DNA of 64,000 bases from Podarcis muralis (GCF_964188315.1 NC_135662.1:87296001-87360000), one strand, 5' to 3'; positions 12,001 to 23,734 are shown, counted from the first letter of the stretch. A program made the numbers and translations. Notes: generated by a model from the letters alone, not told the origin.

Positions 12001-15000
12001 TGCATATGCATGCAAGGAAATGTAAAAAAGGGGTTGTATTAAATGCTGTGCTAGCAGAGGTCCACTGGTGCAAGAGGACTTCTGTTTCCTCTTCCCTCTC
12101 TCACCCTGCCCCCAATGTGCCCTCGAAATCTGCTGTGGAAGGTTCTGCAACCCTCCAGAGCTGATACTGAGGGTGCAGAGCGTGCTGGAAGTGACAGGAA
12201 AGGAAGTTCCATTGCAGACACAGAAGTCCCTTGCACAGCAGAGCTGCAGTGTTGGTTTCATTCCTCATACTTGCATGCATGCCAGACCTCAGCTTCCAGA
12301 AACTTACAGTGAGTGGGGAAATACTGAGGGGAGAAGGCAACACAAAACCACACAAAAACCTCCCATCAAGCACCGTCCAGGAAGCATCAAGGTATATTTT
12401 GGAAGTATATACTTGAGTGCACTCATATGTGGGCAAAGGTGCACATATGTGCACATGGAAACAGCAACCCATGTATGCATTAACACCCTAGTCTGGACGC
12501 AGCCCAAGTCATACATTGGTCCATATAGCTTAGGGCTGTTTGCTCCATCAGGATTCCTGATGCAGGTTGGAAGAAGGCCTTCCATTATCCTTTCCCTCAC
12601 TGCCATTCCAGAACATTGCAGAAGCAGAGGCGAAGACAGCACTGGAAATTACACAGTGGAGCATTAACAGTGAAACTGAGTTGCACAATTAGGACAACAG
12701 CTTTATGTAAAACGTAAATGACAATGGCCAGATACTGGTAGTGGGAGCTTAGAGATGGCAATTCTCACCAATCTACCCAGACCATCCTAACCTTCTCTTT
12801 CCTACCTTCCCCCTGAGATGTGGCAACCTCTTCACCATCACCATGGAGACAAAAGCAGAGGGTGGTCAGGGGCTTCAGCGTGCTGCTGTCAAGATCTTTG
12901 AGTTTTCTGGAGGGAATGAGCAACACTCAGCTGATCCGTGAGTATGGGGTGAGCCTCAGTAGAGGTCAAGCAGATTATCAGAGAATGCGCAGGAAGCACA
13001 AGGCCTCCTTTTCTGGGAATGTGTAGCCCCTAAATCTTTGGTACTGGGGCACAGTCACCTTCACCGCTCAGCCAAATGAATTCTGCTTTAAGAAATGTGC
13101 TTATTCTCTGCCTGCTGGCTGATCTGTTCCTTGCTGCTCCTTTTCTGTACAGTTTTTTGCCTCTTTTCCGAGCTTCATCTGCTGCGGCACTTCCTGCTGA
13201 CACAGAGTTCCCCTGCTGGATGCTGAAGCATTTGCTGGAAGAAAATGCCCTCACCTTCCTGCTGTTGTGCCTCACCCTGCCAGGTACCACAATTACACGT
13301 ATCGTTTTCTTTTTCTGTATGATTTTGAAGGAAGGTTGTTTTTGCTGTAGCTCGTCAAGCACTGTTCCCTTCTCAAGTACAGTGGTACCTCGGGTTAAGT
13401 ACTTAATTCGTTCCAGAGGTCTGTTCTTAACCTGAAACTGTTCTTAACCTGAAGCACCACTTTAGCTAATGGGGCCTCCCGCTGCTGCTGTGCCGCCGGA
13501 ACATGATTTCTGTTCTCATCCTGAAGCAAAGTTCTTAACCTGAAGCACTATTTCTGGGTTAGCGGAGTCCGTAACCTGAAGCGTATGTAACCTGAAGCGT
13601 ATGTAACCCGAGGTACCACTGTACATACATGTTCCATGATCTGATTGTGAGGCTTGTTAGTTTTTCTCCAAAGACCTGAAAAAGGCTCTTGTGCCTGAAG
13701 TAGACAATGTCTCCATCCATTAGATGGGGAAAGGATACAGTACTCTGCTTCTGGGCGCTTCCTTACCTCAGGCTTAAAACAGTTTAATATTAATCTTGGG
13801 ACCCTGAGGATTGCAGTTCTGTGACAGGGAACTAAGGTTCTTATCACTTTACCAAACTACACTTCCGTGAGTAATATCAATTTATTATCAATTTACAGCA
13901 TTTTCATACTCCCCATTAACAATTCATTCTCTAGGCGGTTTGCATTATTCAAAAAATATTGTGCTTTGAATAAGTAAGGTAATTTTTTGTTCCTTGTTTC
14001 TTTTATTCTGGTGTGCTGAGCTGATTCTGCCTCTTCACTGCAAAAGGGAACCGGAGAAACATCTGTCTTAAAAGCCCTAACATTTTAAAAACTCACAGGA
14101 AGTGACTGTTTCAACCAATGTGAACCATGGTTATGCAATGCATTTTTTCCACTCTGTCTTATAAGCAGCAGTGGTTGTTTTTCAATGGAATTGGTAAGAA
14201 AAAACATTGCCACAAATACATAGCCCCAACATTTACTCAACCACTCTGAGGCCAAAATATTAGCAAGTACATAGCTTGGATTTGTTTCTTCATAAAACAT
14301 ATAGGGCAGATGAATTCTTAACATAGGTTGCAGCTTGAATATAAAACCAGCCTGCTTCTGCACTGCAGAATTTAAAATACTATAAACAAGCTAGAATCTG
14401 TTTGCTCCTCCTTGAAAAGCCGCAGTTTGAGAATTCAAAATCACCAAACTGGGACTGTTGTGTAGGGTTTTAATATTTATCCTTTAACTAATGAGCAGTG
14501 AAAAATGCTAGCTAGATATTTTTTAGGCCAATGATAAGATTTCTTTGCCTGTTGAAAGCATGAAGGAAACAGCGCAAACCAAGTGGGAAGTGGCTGCAAG
14601 TGTATACAGGTAATCTTCACAGCCAGGCTGAATAAACGCAGCCCAGCAGGTGGGTTCTAATGCACTCTGCTGCCACTTGCACGAGAATAAAACACTGCAA
14701 TTCTCACACAAATAACGGTCTGTGTAAAAGAGTTTTAAAACTTTACTACAATAGCTTTATAAAACAAAAACTACCGCCATGAAATATAAAAATACAACAT
14801 GAACATAAAAGTAAATACATATAAAATAACATCAAAATAAAACAAGTTTAAAACTTGTGGTTGTAGGATAGTTATCCTTCTCGTGTTGGTTCAGATCCAG
14901 CACAAGTATATTGCTTTATTTTATTAGCAGGAAAGGCAGTTAGTCTCAGTAGCCCCTGCTGGAAACTGAGTGGCACCTGTTTAATCTGGAAACAAAATTT

Positions 15001-15008
15001 TTGCAGAG

Positions 15009-15052
<44 letters not shown>

Positions 15053-18000
15053 AACTTAGTTCTTACCTTTCCTCTGCTCTGTCTAGGAACAGTCCACATT
15101 TTAAAGCACAGGGTCTGATTGCCCTTTTGCATTTCTTTTTTGCTCTGGAGCTTCCTCTGCAAAAACCCGCTTTTTAAAGCTCAGTTGGAGCAAACAGCAA
15201 TAATGGAAAACCTGAATTGATGTCCAAGTGCTAAAGAGCAGGGTTTTTTTGCAGGGAAAGCTCTGGAGAAAAACCCACACACAACCAAATGAACACTTGG
15301 ACATAGAGCGTTTAAGCATGGACCTGTACTTGGAATGAGCAAGGCAAAATATGTGTGGATAAGCCCACAGTGTGTCTTTATCAGAGATTTAAAAGAGAAT
15401 GATGTTTGCCTCAAGTGGTGACTACTGCTCTAGAGGCCAACCAAGAAACCCAGATGTTACAAAGTCTGGCTGAGAGTTTTGTGGGGTTTTTCCCAGATGC
15501 TTCTGGAGAAGAGATACGGTCTGCCATCTCACTGACTGAACAAGTGAGGACTGTGACAAAGAAAGTGGCACCAGTCCATTGGGATCCCATGCATGAGGCT
15601 CAGAAACGAAGAGAGGTGATAGGAGAGCTGAGAGCCCAGCTGTCCTTCAGGAGTCGGGTGGAGCAGGAGAGCATGCTCAGCCAGTTGGAGAGGGTGATCA
15701 AGGAGATACAGGTAACTGTGCAGCATCAGCATACAGCGATACCTTGGTCCATTCCGGAGGTCCGGTTGTAAACCAAAACAGGTTGTAACCCAAGGCGTGC
15801 TTTTGCCAATGGGGCCTCCAAAAAAAATATTGGTTGTAATCCAAAGAGAGAGAGGTTGTAATCCAAAAAACAGGGACACACACTTCAGGGTTTGACGTGC
15901 TTGTAATCCAAAATGGTTGTAATCCAAAACGGTTGCAAACCAAGGTACCACTCTAGTTGGTATGAACTCTGCATAATGAAGTATTTGCCAGAAATCTCAT
16001 GCAGCCAGAGTTGAAAGGCCATGTTTGAAGCACAATATTCTGGACTCGCAGAAGACTGGGCAGTTGACTGTAGAATCTCTCAGGCACTCACAAGAATGAT
16101 CTGCATTTAATGGACAGTTATCTGAATTAAAGCCTAAATAAGTAGAACACAGCCACCCATAGAGCTCTGCTGGATCAGACCAACAGAGCATCCTGCCTCC
16201 CAAAGGGACCAGCCGGATGCCTCCAGGGGTGTCAGAAAGAGGAGCCCTCTACTGTTAGTGCTGCCTCGCAACTGGTATTCCATGGGATACTGCCCCCATG
16301 TGCGAGAGTTTCACATGGCCATAATGACTAATAGTTGATACAGGACTTGACAGCTGTGAACATGTCACATTGTATTCTAAAACCAAGTTTATTTGCTATA
16401 TAAGTACATCTTGTGGCAGCAAGTTTCATAAATTAATTAGGCACCAATTAGTTTCATGGGTGGATTCCAAATTTTATTATAATGAGAAAAACTTATGTTC
16501 ACTTTCTCTACACCATGCATAATTGATAAAACTCTGTGTATCTGAAGAAGTGTGCATGCACACGAAAGCTCATACCAAGAACTAACTTAGTTGGTCTTTA
16601 AGGTGCTACTGGAAGGAATTTTTCTTGTTTTGACTATGGCAGACCAACACGGCTACCTATCTGTAACTGATAAAACTCGAGTGTGTGTCAGCCCCTGTCC
16701 CTTAGATTCCCCCCCCCCCCCTATGTTATAAAACCTCGAACACATTAGCCTTTCATTGTAGGCAAGGTGCTCCAGTCCTCCCTGATAATTTTGGCTGCTC
16801 TTTCCTTCACTTTTCCAAGTTTACAACATCCTTTTAGAGATGGGACAACTCAATTTATATGCCATGTTCCAATTGCAGCTGCACTGTAGGTTTGTCTGTG
16901 GTCATTGCAATACTGAAACTCAGTTTTAGTCTCAGTCTGTTTCCTAGTTATCCCTAACATTGAATTCATCTCACTAAACTAAATTAAAATTAAAATTAAA
17001 CTGTAATATTACTATTTTCTGCTTATAAATAGATATATAAAAGATTTTGAAAAATGTTTAGCAATTTAAAAACAAGTTAATTTTGAAAATGCTAATCATT
17101 GACCAGTCTCTTACATTTTAATTATGGTTTCTAACCTATGTGGGGGGTTCCTCTCCTTAATTGCACTGTTCCCCCCCCCCCCGAAAATCAGTAAAGTCGT
17201 ACCTTGGATACTGAAAACCTTGCGACTCAAATGTTTTGGCTCCCAAACAACGCAGACCTAGAAGTGAGTATTCTGGTTTGCGAATGTTCTTTGGAACCTG
17301 AATGTCTGACGCAGCTTCCGTGGATTCCGATTGAGTGCAGGAAGCTCCTGCAGCCAATCAGAAGCCGCACCTGGGTTGCTGAACGTTTTCGGAAGTCGAA
17401 TGGACTCCCAGAACGGATTCCGTTCGACAACCAAGGTATGACTGTAATAAAAAAAATGAAAATTCAGACATTTAAAAAAATCTGAATGAAAAGTGGTTTT
17501 ACAGTAAATTATATTTCTTTAAATCAGATCAGAACATACGATTTGGCATCCTGGATCAGGTCAGTTCTGTTTCCAAAGAGGCCAGTCAAGTACTTCTGGG
17601 AAGCTCAACGGTGGGGAATGGAGGCAGAACTCCCTGTGTTGTTTGTCCCCAGCTGCCCCTGTACTCCAAGTTTTTAATTTAGCTGTTATAGTGATTCAGA
17701 TGCTACATTTTACTGGCTTAGTAGTTGACAAGGAATCTTATGATGCATTCCATGAAGTGCTTTTGAAGGGATATCCCTTCTCTGGTTTTAAAAAATCAAG
17801 GGGTTATCTCACAATCTCTTAGGGTACACAGTTGTGGTAGATGTGCATTTGTGTAGGTTGAGGTACTTTCCAAAGCTCTGAGCACAGGGCTGGCAAAGCC
17901 TTCTTTCTCTCGTTCCCATCAGCTGACGGGGAGGGGAGAAGAAGGCTGCATTTTGCAAACATCAGCTCCATGAGGGAGAAGTCCCTTTTAGAGCTGATGC

Positions 18001-18240
18001 CTGCAAAAACCCAGGGCTGCTTGATTTGGCTTCGTGCGCAGATTGGCTTGGAGGCTGGAGGTTTCCCCACCCCTAGTCTAGGAATAGCATAACCACTGGC
18101 TTAGACTAATCAGTAGGTTGAATATGTTCCATAATTGAGTGAACTGGTAAGACAATCCTGGTCCACCTGTTGCTTTGTGTTGATTTCTGTCACCTGGCAG
18201 AATGTGGCAAAAATGTAAAGTACAATGGGCTGCCCAGAAC

Positions 18241-18291
<51 letters not shown>

Positions 18292-21200
18292 AATTTATAT
18301 ACTATCATTCATCCATAGGGCGGTTCACAACAACATTTCTGTGTCTCCATGTTGCAAGAAATTTCAGATAGGGTTGGCGCTGTGGGTAAAACCTCAGCGC
18401 CTAGGACTTGCCGATCGCATGGTTGGCGGTTCGAATCCCCGCGGCGGGGTGCGCTCCCGTCGTTCGGTCCCAGCGCCTGCCAACCTAGCAGTTCGAAAGC
18501 ACCTCTGGGTGCAAGTAGATAAATAGGGACCGCTTACCAGCGGGAAGGTAAACGGCGTTCCGTGTGTGCTGCGCTGGCTCGCCAGATGCAGCTTGTCACG
18601 CTGGCCACGTGACCCGGAAGTGTCTGCGGACAGCGCTGGCTCCCGGCCTATAGAGTGAGATGAGCGCACAACCCTAGAGTCTGTCAAGACTGGCCCGTAC
18701 GGGCAGGGGTACCTTTACCTTTAGGGGTTGGTTCGAGTGTGTGTGCATGTGTCCCTATGCGAAGGATGCTGGCAGGAGAGAAATGAACTGCACTTTAAAA
18801 CTCACATTGTGCCAACTCAGGGCCAGTCCATCCATGAGTCAGCTGCCTCAGGTGGCAGAATCCAAGGGGCACCCCCATGGGCATGCCTCCCCTCCGTCCC
18901 CGCTGCCAGAAAAGCAAGGAGAAGCGCCTGTGGCAGCTTCCGGCTTCCAGAAGATCTTGGAAGCCACTGCTGCCATTCAGATTCATTGAGTCCTTCTGAA
19001 TGGCCATAGAAACTAGTGGAGATGGTAACCATTTGCATGGTTTTGCTTGCTAACTGTTTGGCTATTACAGCAGGGCTGGGTGGAGGGCTCCAAGAAGCGT
19101 GCCCACAATAGCTGTAGACTATTTTGAGGCTGAGGAATTGGGATCAACTGTTTTTAAGGTTCTGAAAAGCCAACGCTGGAAGAAAAAGAAAGAGGCCTCA
19201 GCATATGAAGCAAAGGATACTTCTCCTGAAGGCAGAGTAAGTACTTCTCAGGTATTTCAGCTTATCAGACCCACCCTGTAACCTTAGGGGAATAAATGTT
19301 CCTCTCTGTGTGAAGGGGGTTCAAGTTAGAGAGAATTCTGTTAAGCTACCAGTATCATCGCCACTCCGTATTTTGAATCACTTGACTGTGTTCCACTTCA
19401 GGGTAAAATTACATCAGATATGGATGATGGGGGTGAACTTGGGAATCAACAAGATGATACACGGCAGGACAAAGAAACATCAGGTTTGAAAACAATTCAA
19501 GGCCGGAATTACTCTGTACCTATCTGGAGGTGAAACAGCTTGATAAATATATAGATAACTCATTGATTTGTAGGATAAATGAAACGGTGAGTGATCTTTA
19601 AACCACAGGACAACAATAAAGGCATGAAATAGATAAACCATCCAAAGGCCAGGATGAACAGTTGCAACCTAAGTTATCTGCCAAAACATGTAAAGTGCCA
19701 GGCACACTCCTATGAGAAAGGAGTTTCATAGTTTGGGGGCTGCCACAGATAAGACCCTGTCATGAGCCATCACCACCCTGAGCCTCTAAAGGTGGCAGCA
19801 CTGCCAAAGCTTCCCCCATTGATTTCAATACCCAAGCTGGCACATATTGGGGGAGGCACTCCTTCAGAAGTTTGGGGTCAATGTTATTTAGGGATTTATA
19901 CATTAAAATAAGCACCTTGAATTGACACAATTTTCAGGATACATGTACTATGAATCCTTTCTGCCATGTCAGACACCATCTTGGCTGCTGCACTCTGCAC
20001 TAATTGTGGCCTCCAAACCATCATCAATGGCAGCTCCACATAGAGCACATTGAAACTGTCAGTAGCCTGTCAGCAGCCTGTAGGCTACTGGAGCATGGAA
20101 TATAGTGTCTCAGAGATGCTGTAGCTGGTGAAACAGCTGTAGCTGAAAGTAGGCCTAGCCACCCCGGCCACATGGGATCTTCGTTAACAATGGTGGATCC
20201 AAGAACAACTAACAGGTCACCACAACACCTCCCAGATTCAGGAAAGCAATCACACAAAATGCTAAGAACTAATAATTCACAAGTGCTAATTCATAAAGTT
20301 CTGCTGCAGAGTACTGTATATAAGAAGCAAGTATTAGGAGATAATGAACTGAATGCTAATACAGCTGCAGTTGAGATCACAGCCTGATATCAATCACACC
20401 TGACTCACCCAGGTCTACCTGGCTGTCATCACCCTCCATTCCCCCGCCCCCATGGACCATCTCTGGCTACAATCTCCACTCATGGGGCCCTGCCTGTGAA
20501 TCGCCCAAAAGACCCTTTGGTATTGCCCTTTCAGCTCCTACAGGAAGCAATCAAGGGAAAACATGAAGTGTGGAAAAGAAATATGGAGAGAGAGATGGTT
20601 TTACAGTATAAAGACCTGTGTATGTAAACAACACGCTGTATGGCAAGACGTACTAATATAAATCGGGTATCTTTATATGGCGGGGGGCCCCAGGAATTGG
20701 TACATTTTATTTCACCATACACAGCAAGACATCCCCTTCCTTGTGTCTAAATATTGTCTTATTCCTCCTTGCTACTAGCTTTCTTTCATACAAGACTTGT
20801 TTCTGACAGGAGGTGGCAGCATCCCAAAGATCCAGCTTGAGCAGGTTGGTGTACTTCAAAGTGCCATGGAAGACAAACCTTTCACTGCTGCAATGCACAG
20901 AGCCAGAGACTTGAGCGAGGCAACCAAATCATCCAGCCCTGTAAGTGACGTGTGGGAGTCTCAGACCATGGTCTGTGCCTGAATCCAAGTCCTCAGAAGA
21001 CTGGGAAGATTTGATTTCACCACCAGCAGTGAGATTTTTCAAGTGCAATGCACTTGAATTGCTTGTGAATGTAGCAGGGGATCCTGAGTCTACAGTAGCT
21101 CACACCTGCATCATGGAATATGTTCCCTCAATGTAGACCATTTTAATAATTGCCCATAGAATACTGAAAGTATGTGAACACTTCAACAGCTTCTCCCCTA

Positions 21201-23461
21201 AACACTTGTGTGAACTACTTTTAACTACAAGTAGTTGCATGCTGGGACGCGGGTGGCGCTGTGGGTAAAAGCCTCAGCGCCTAGGACTTGCCGATCAGAA
21301 GGTCGGCGGTTCGAATCCCCGTGGCGGGGTGCGCTCCCGTCGCTCGGTCCCAGTGCCTGCCAACTTAGCAGTTCAAAAGCACCCTTAAGTGCAAGTAGAT
21401 AAATAGGGACCGCTCTGGCGGGAAGGTAAACGGCGTTTCCGTGTGCTGCGCTGGCTCGCCAGATGCAGCTTGTCACGCTGGCCACATGACCCGGAAGTGT
21501 CTGCGGACAGCGCTGGCTCCCAGCCTATAGAGTGAGATGAGCGCACAACCCTAGAGTCTGGCAAGACTGGCCCGTACGGGCAGGGGTACCTTTACCTTTA
21601 GTTGCATGCTAATTGAAACGTAATATGAACAGAGGCAGCCACACACGGCATGCATGGTGATTTCCAGGACATCCGTTCAACCCCACCCCATTCAATGGTT
21701 TGTACCAGGGACATGAACGTGGCCACAGCGTCATAGACAGCCTCCAGCTGTTTGCGTTTTTAAGTAGCAACCACATGGCTCTATGCACGTAAAAACTGGA
21801 CCTTAGAAACAAGGGCCCTGGCTTTCTGTTTTTTCCCAATCCTGTAGCAGGAAAAGCTTTGCCTGATAATGTTTTGCATAATTCTTAAAGGCACAGGAGG
21901 GAGCAGAAACAGCCCCAGACCACAAATATTTCATGTGCATACTTTATGTAACTTAATGCACTCTTGCAAAGAGATTGAGCTGTATGAACAATTAAAACCA
22001 GAGAGTGGAGATTTGCTTTGTGAGCACTTATTGCAGTACTTTGGACTGTCTTCCTGCGCTGCTCTTTTTCAGAGCCTGGTTGGTGAGCAGCACCAAGACA
22101 CAAAGGGGAGCTTCTCTCAAGCAAAAACCCGGTGGCAGGTTCTTCAAGAGCAACACCATCTCCTGATACAACAGGAACTTTTGAGAATGGAAGAGGAGCT
22201 GGCAAGGCAAGAGGTGAATAGTTCCTGTCTGTGATGGCAGGAGACTAACTTATCAGCTCCTTGAGGAAGCAGACTGTGTGTGGGAGAGAAACATACAGCA
22301 AGGGAGGGCAGATGAGCCAAGGGCTTTCCCACCAATCACACAATGCTGGAACCAGTACCAGGAATTAACATCGTAACTAAACAAATTCCAAACCTCTGTT
22401 TTATCTGTTCCATAGTCTGCAGTCCCACAACAACTCATCTGAAAGGTTCTTTCTCTTCTCAAATTGCAGCTTCCTCCAGGCCAGCAAGGAGCCATGCTCT
22501 GGCAGAAAGAAAAGTCTTTGCTGATTTTGCGCATGGAGGCATTGCAAAGAGAACAGGCAGAAGCAGAAAGGGATCTGGAGGAGCTGTACCAAGAATGCCA
22601 GCGAGAAACTGAAACACAAAAACAACACATCCTGCAGGTCAAGAGAGCTGTCAGTTCAAACTCATCCTGGGGAAGGGTCCTTCTGAGTTTCAAACCAGCC
22701 ATTGTTTGGTAGCCCCTTTGAGATGGCAGGTTTAAGCTCAGAACTAGCTCTTTTGTTTCATTGTTTGGAGGCTCAGTGGGAACTTTCAGATTCAGGGAAT
22801 CTTTAGGAGGGACAGACCTCTAGTGGCAGCATCAGATAAGGGCTTCACTTGATTGCGTGAGAGAAACAGCAACCCTCTGCAACATTAGAAGTTTGAAATA
22901 AATATCAATATAGCTGACAGCTTAGCAGCTTGCCTGAAGGACTAAAACACGTGATTCCAATGGCATAACCTCCTAAAGAGCCCAATTGATTTTTCTTTTT
23001 TTGGAGCTGGAGCAAGAAAAGTCTATGTTACAATAAAAACCCTGCAATTCCTTTATTTATTGGATCACTGGGATATCTCTCCATATATATACTTGCTCTG
23101 CAGGGCAGCAGTAGAGAGCACAGTTTCAGTTGTCAGGCCAGGCTATTTCCTGTTGAATGTGTAAGAGAATGGGAGAGTTCATGCCTTTCCATGCCTTGAC
23201 CTCTCTCTTTCATCTACTAAAAGGCTTGTTGAACTTCCTCTACAGGTATTCCAGGCTTATAGGAAACATGCTGAAGAGCATATAGATGTCCTCGAACAGA
23301 GATATCGAAAGCTGCTCCAGGAGTCCCTTCAGGATGCGGTTCTCCTTTCCACTCAGAACCAGCAACTACAAGCTCAGAAGCAACTGGGCTACATGGAGAA
23401 AGCCACCCAGACTGACTTCCAGACCCTTACGCAGAGCCACGAGAGAGCCTCCCCATCCTAA
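4791..23461 (+). CDS. Uncharacterised kinesin motor-homology plus coiled-coil protein (degenerate kinesin), 17 coding exons, 633 aa; probable orthologue of mouse E230025N22Rik
   Basis: Manually spliced exons: 4791-4805, 5075-5126, 6531-6616, 7184-7231, 7926-8054, 8968-9045, 9318-9400, 10107-10235, 12818-12937, 13153-13283, 15497-15711, 19159-19236, 19402-19483, 20810-20940, 22073-22213, 22470-22637, 23246-23461. All introns are GT-AG, all phases match, and the total is 1902 nt with no internal stop. Kinesin scaffold motifs occur in order: [20 protein letters not shown]...[84 protein letters not shown]. Start GCCATGG is a strong Kozak context. Exons 1 and 12-14 are less certain than the rest. 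Confidence 0.82.
6031..6074. repeat. (GAAA)n microsatellite
   Basis: Pure tetranucleotide run. Confidence 0.95.
8178..8560 (-). mobile_element. BovB (RTE-clade) LINE 3' fragment
   Basis: Minus-strand translation [41 protein letters not shown] is the BovB RT C-terminus. The characteristic end GTCGTGTCTGACTCTTCGTGACCCCATGGAC is present. Confidence 0.88.
9545..9735 (+). mobile_element. CR1 LINE 3' end
   Basis: [30 protein letters not shown]2 terminus, then GGACTAGATGACC...CCCTTCCAAC and an ATTCTATGATTCT tail. Confidence 0.85.
13380..13621. mobile_element. Tc1/mariner-superfamily MITE (same family as 3198-3422)
   Basis: TIRs CAGTGGTACCTCGGGTTA / TAACCCGAGGTACCACTG, TA flanks, internal sequence shared with the 3198 copy in reverse orientation. 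Confidence 0.9.
15009..15052. repeat. (TAC)n microsatellite
   Basis: Pure trinucleotide run. Confidence 0.95.
15734..15953. mobile_element. Decayed Tc1/mariner-type MITE
   Basis: Ends CAGCGATACCTTGG ... CCAAGGTACCACTC resemble the CAGTGGTACCTTGG TIR family; internal GGTTGTAA(T/C)CCAAA repeats. Confidence 0.65.
16538..16575 (+). ncRNA. Minimal type I hammerhead ribozyme motif (Penelope-like element terminus)
   Basis: GTAT-CTGAAGA-A-GTGTGC-AT-GCACAC-GAA-AGCT-C-ATAC: 4-bp stem I, intact CUGAnGA and GAAA cores, stem II, palindromic AGCT in place of stem III, CUC cleavage triplet. Confidence 0.75.
16538..16670 (+). mobile_element. Penelope-like retroelement terminal fragment
   Basis: Hammerhead motif followed by TTAGTTGGTCTTTAAGGTGCTACTGG, a terminal sequence I recognise from reptile Penelope-like repeats. 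Family assignment is from memory. Confidence 0.55.
17193..17444. mobile_element. Tc1/mariner-type (Tigger-like) MITE
   Basis: Inverted ends AGTCGTACCTTGG / CCAAGGTATGACTG with TA at the right end. Confidence 0.65.
18244..18290. repeat. (ATT)n microsatellite
   Basis: Pure trinucleotide run. Confidence 0.95.
18371..18722 (+). mobile_element. Sauria SINE
   Basis: tRNA-like head TGGCGCTGTGGG...GGTTCGAATCCC, body shared with the copies at 21244, 49540 and 58022, ACCTTT tail. Confidence 0.92.
21244..21600 (+). mobile_element. Sauria SINE with target-site duplication
   Basis: GGGACGCGGGTGGCGCTGTGGG head, (ACCTTT)n tail, flanking duplication GTTGCATGCT. Confidence 0.93.
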
Positions 23462-23734
23462 GAGCCTGTATTTTGTGCTTTGTAATTTCATTTTTATGTG
23501 CTTTTGACACATTAGCTTTCACAACTAAGGTATTGCTTACACAAAGTTACCTGAAATTTTGTCCTACGGATGACACTTCCCCAGCCTAGTCAAACATTTA
23601 GTAAGTACTTTAATGGTGTTTCATCCCTATTTGCTTCCTTGTGGCCAGTACACATGCTGAAATGTAAAGAAAGCAATGGTTGAAACTGAAGAATGATCTC
23701 TCTCCAAAGTAAATTTGATAAGGCAGAATGGCAT

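Noticed and set aside
12068-12667. 199-aa intronic ORF
   Set aside because: Non-ATG start, no recognisable domain, not needed for or compatible with the spliced model.
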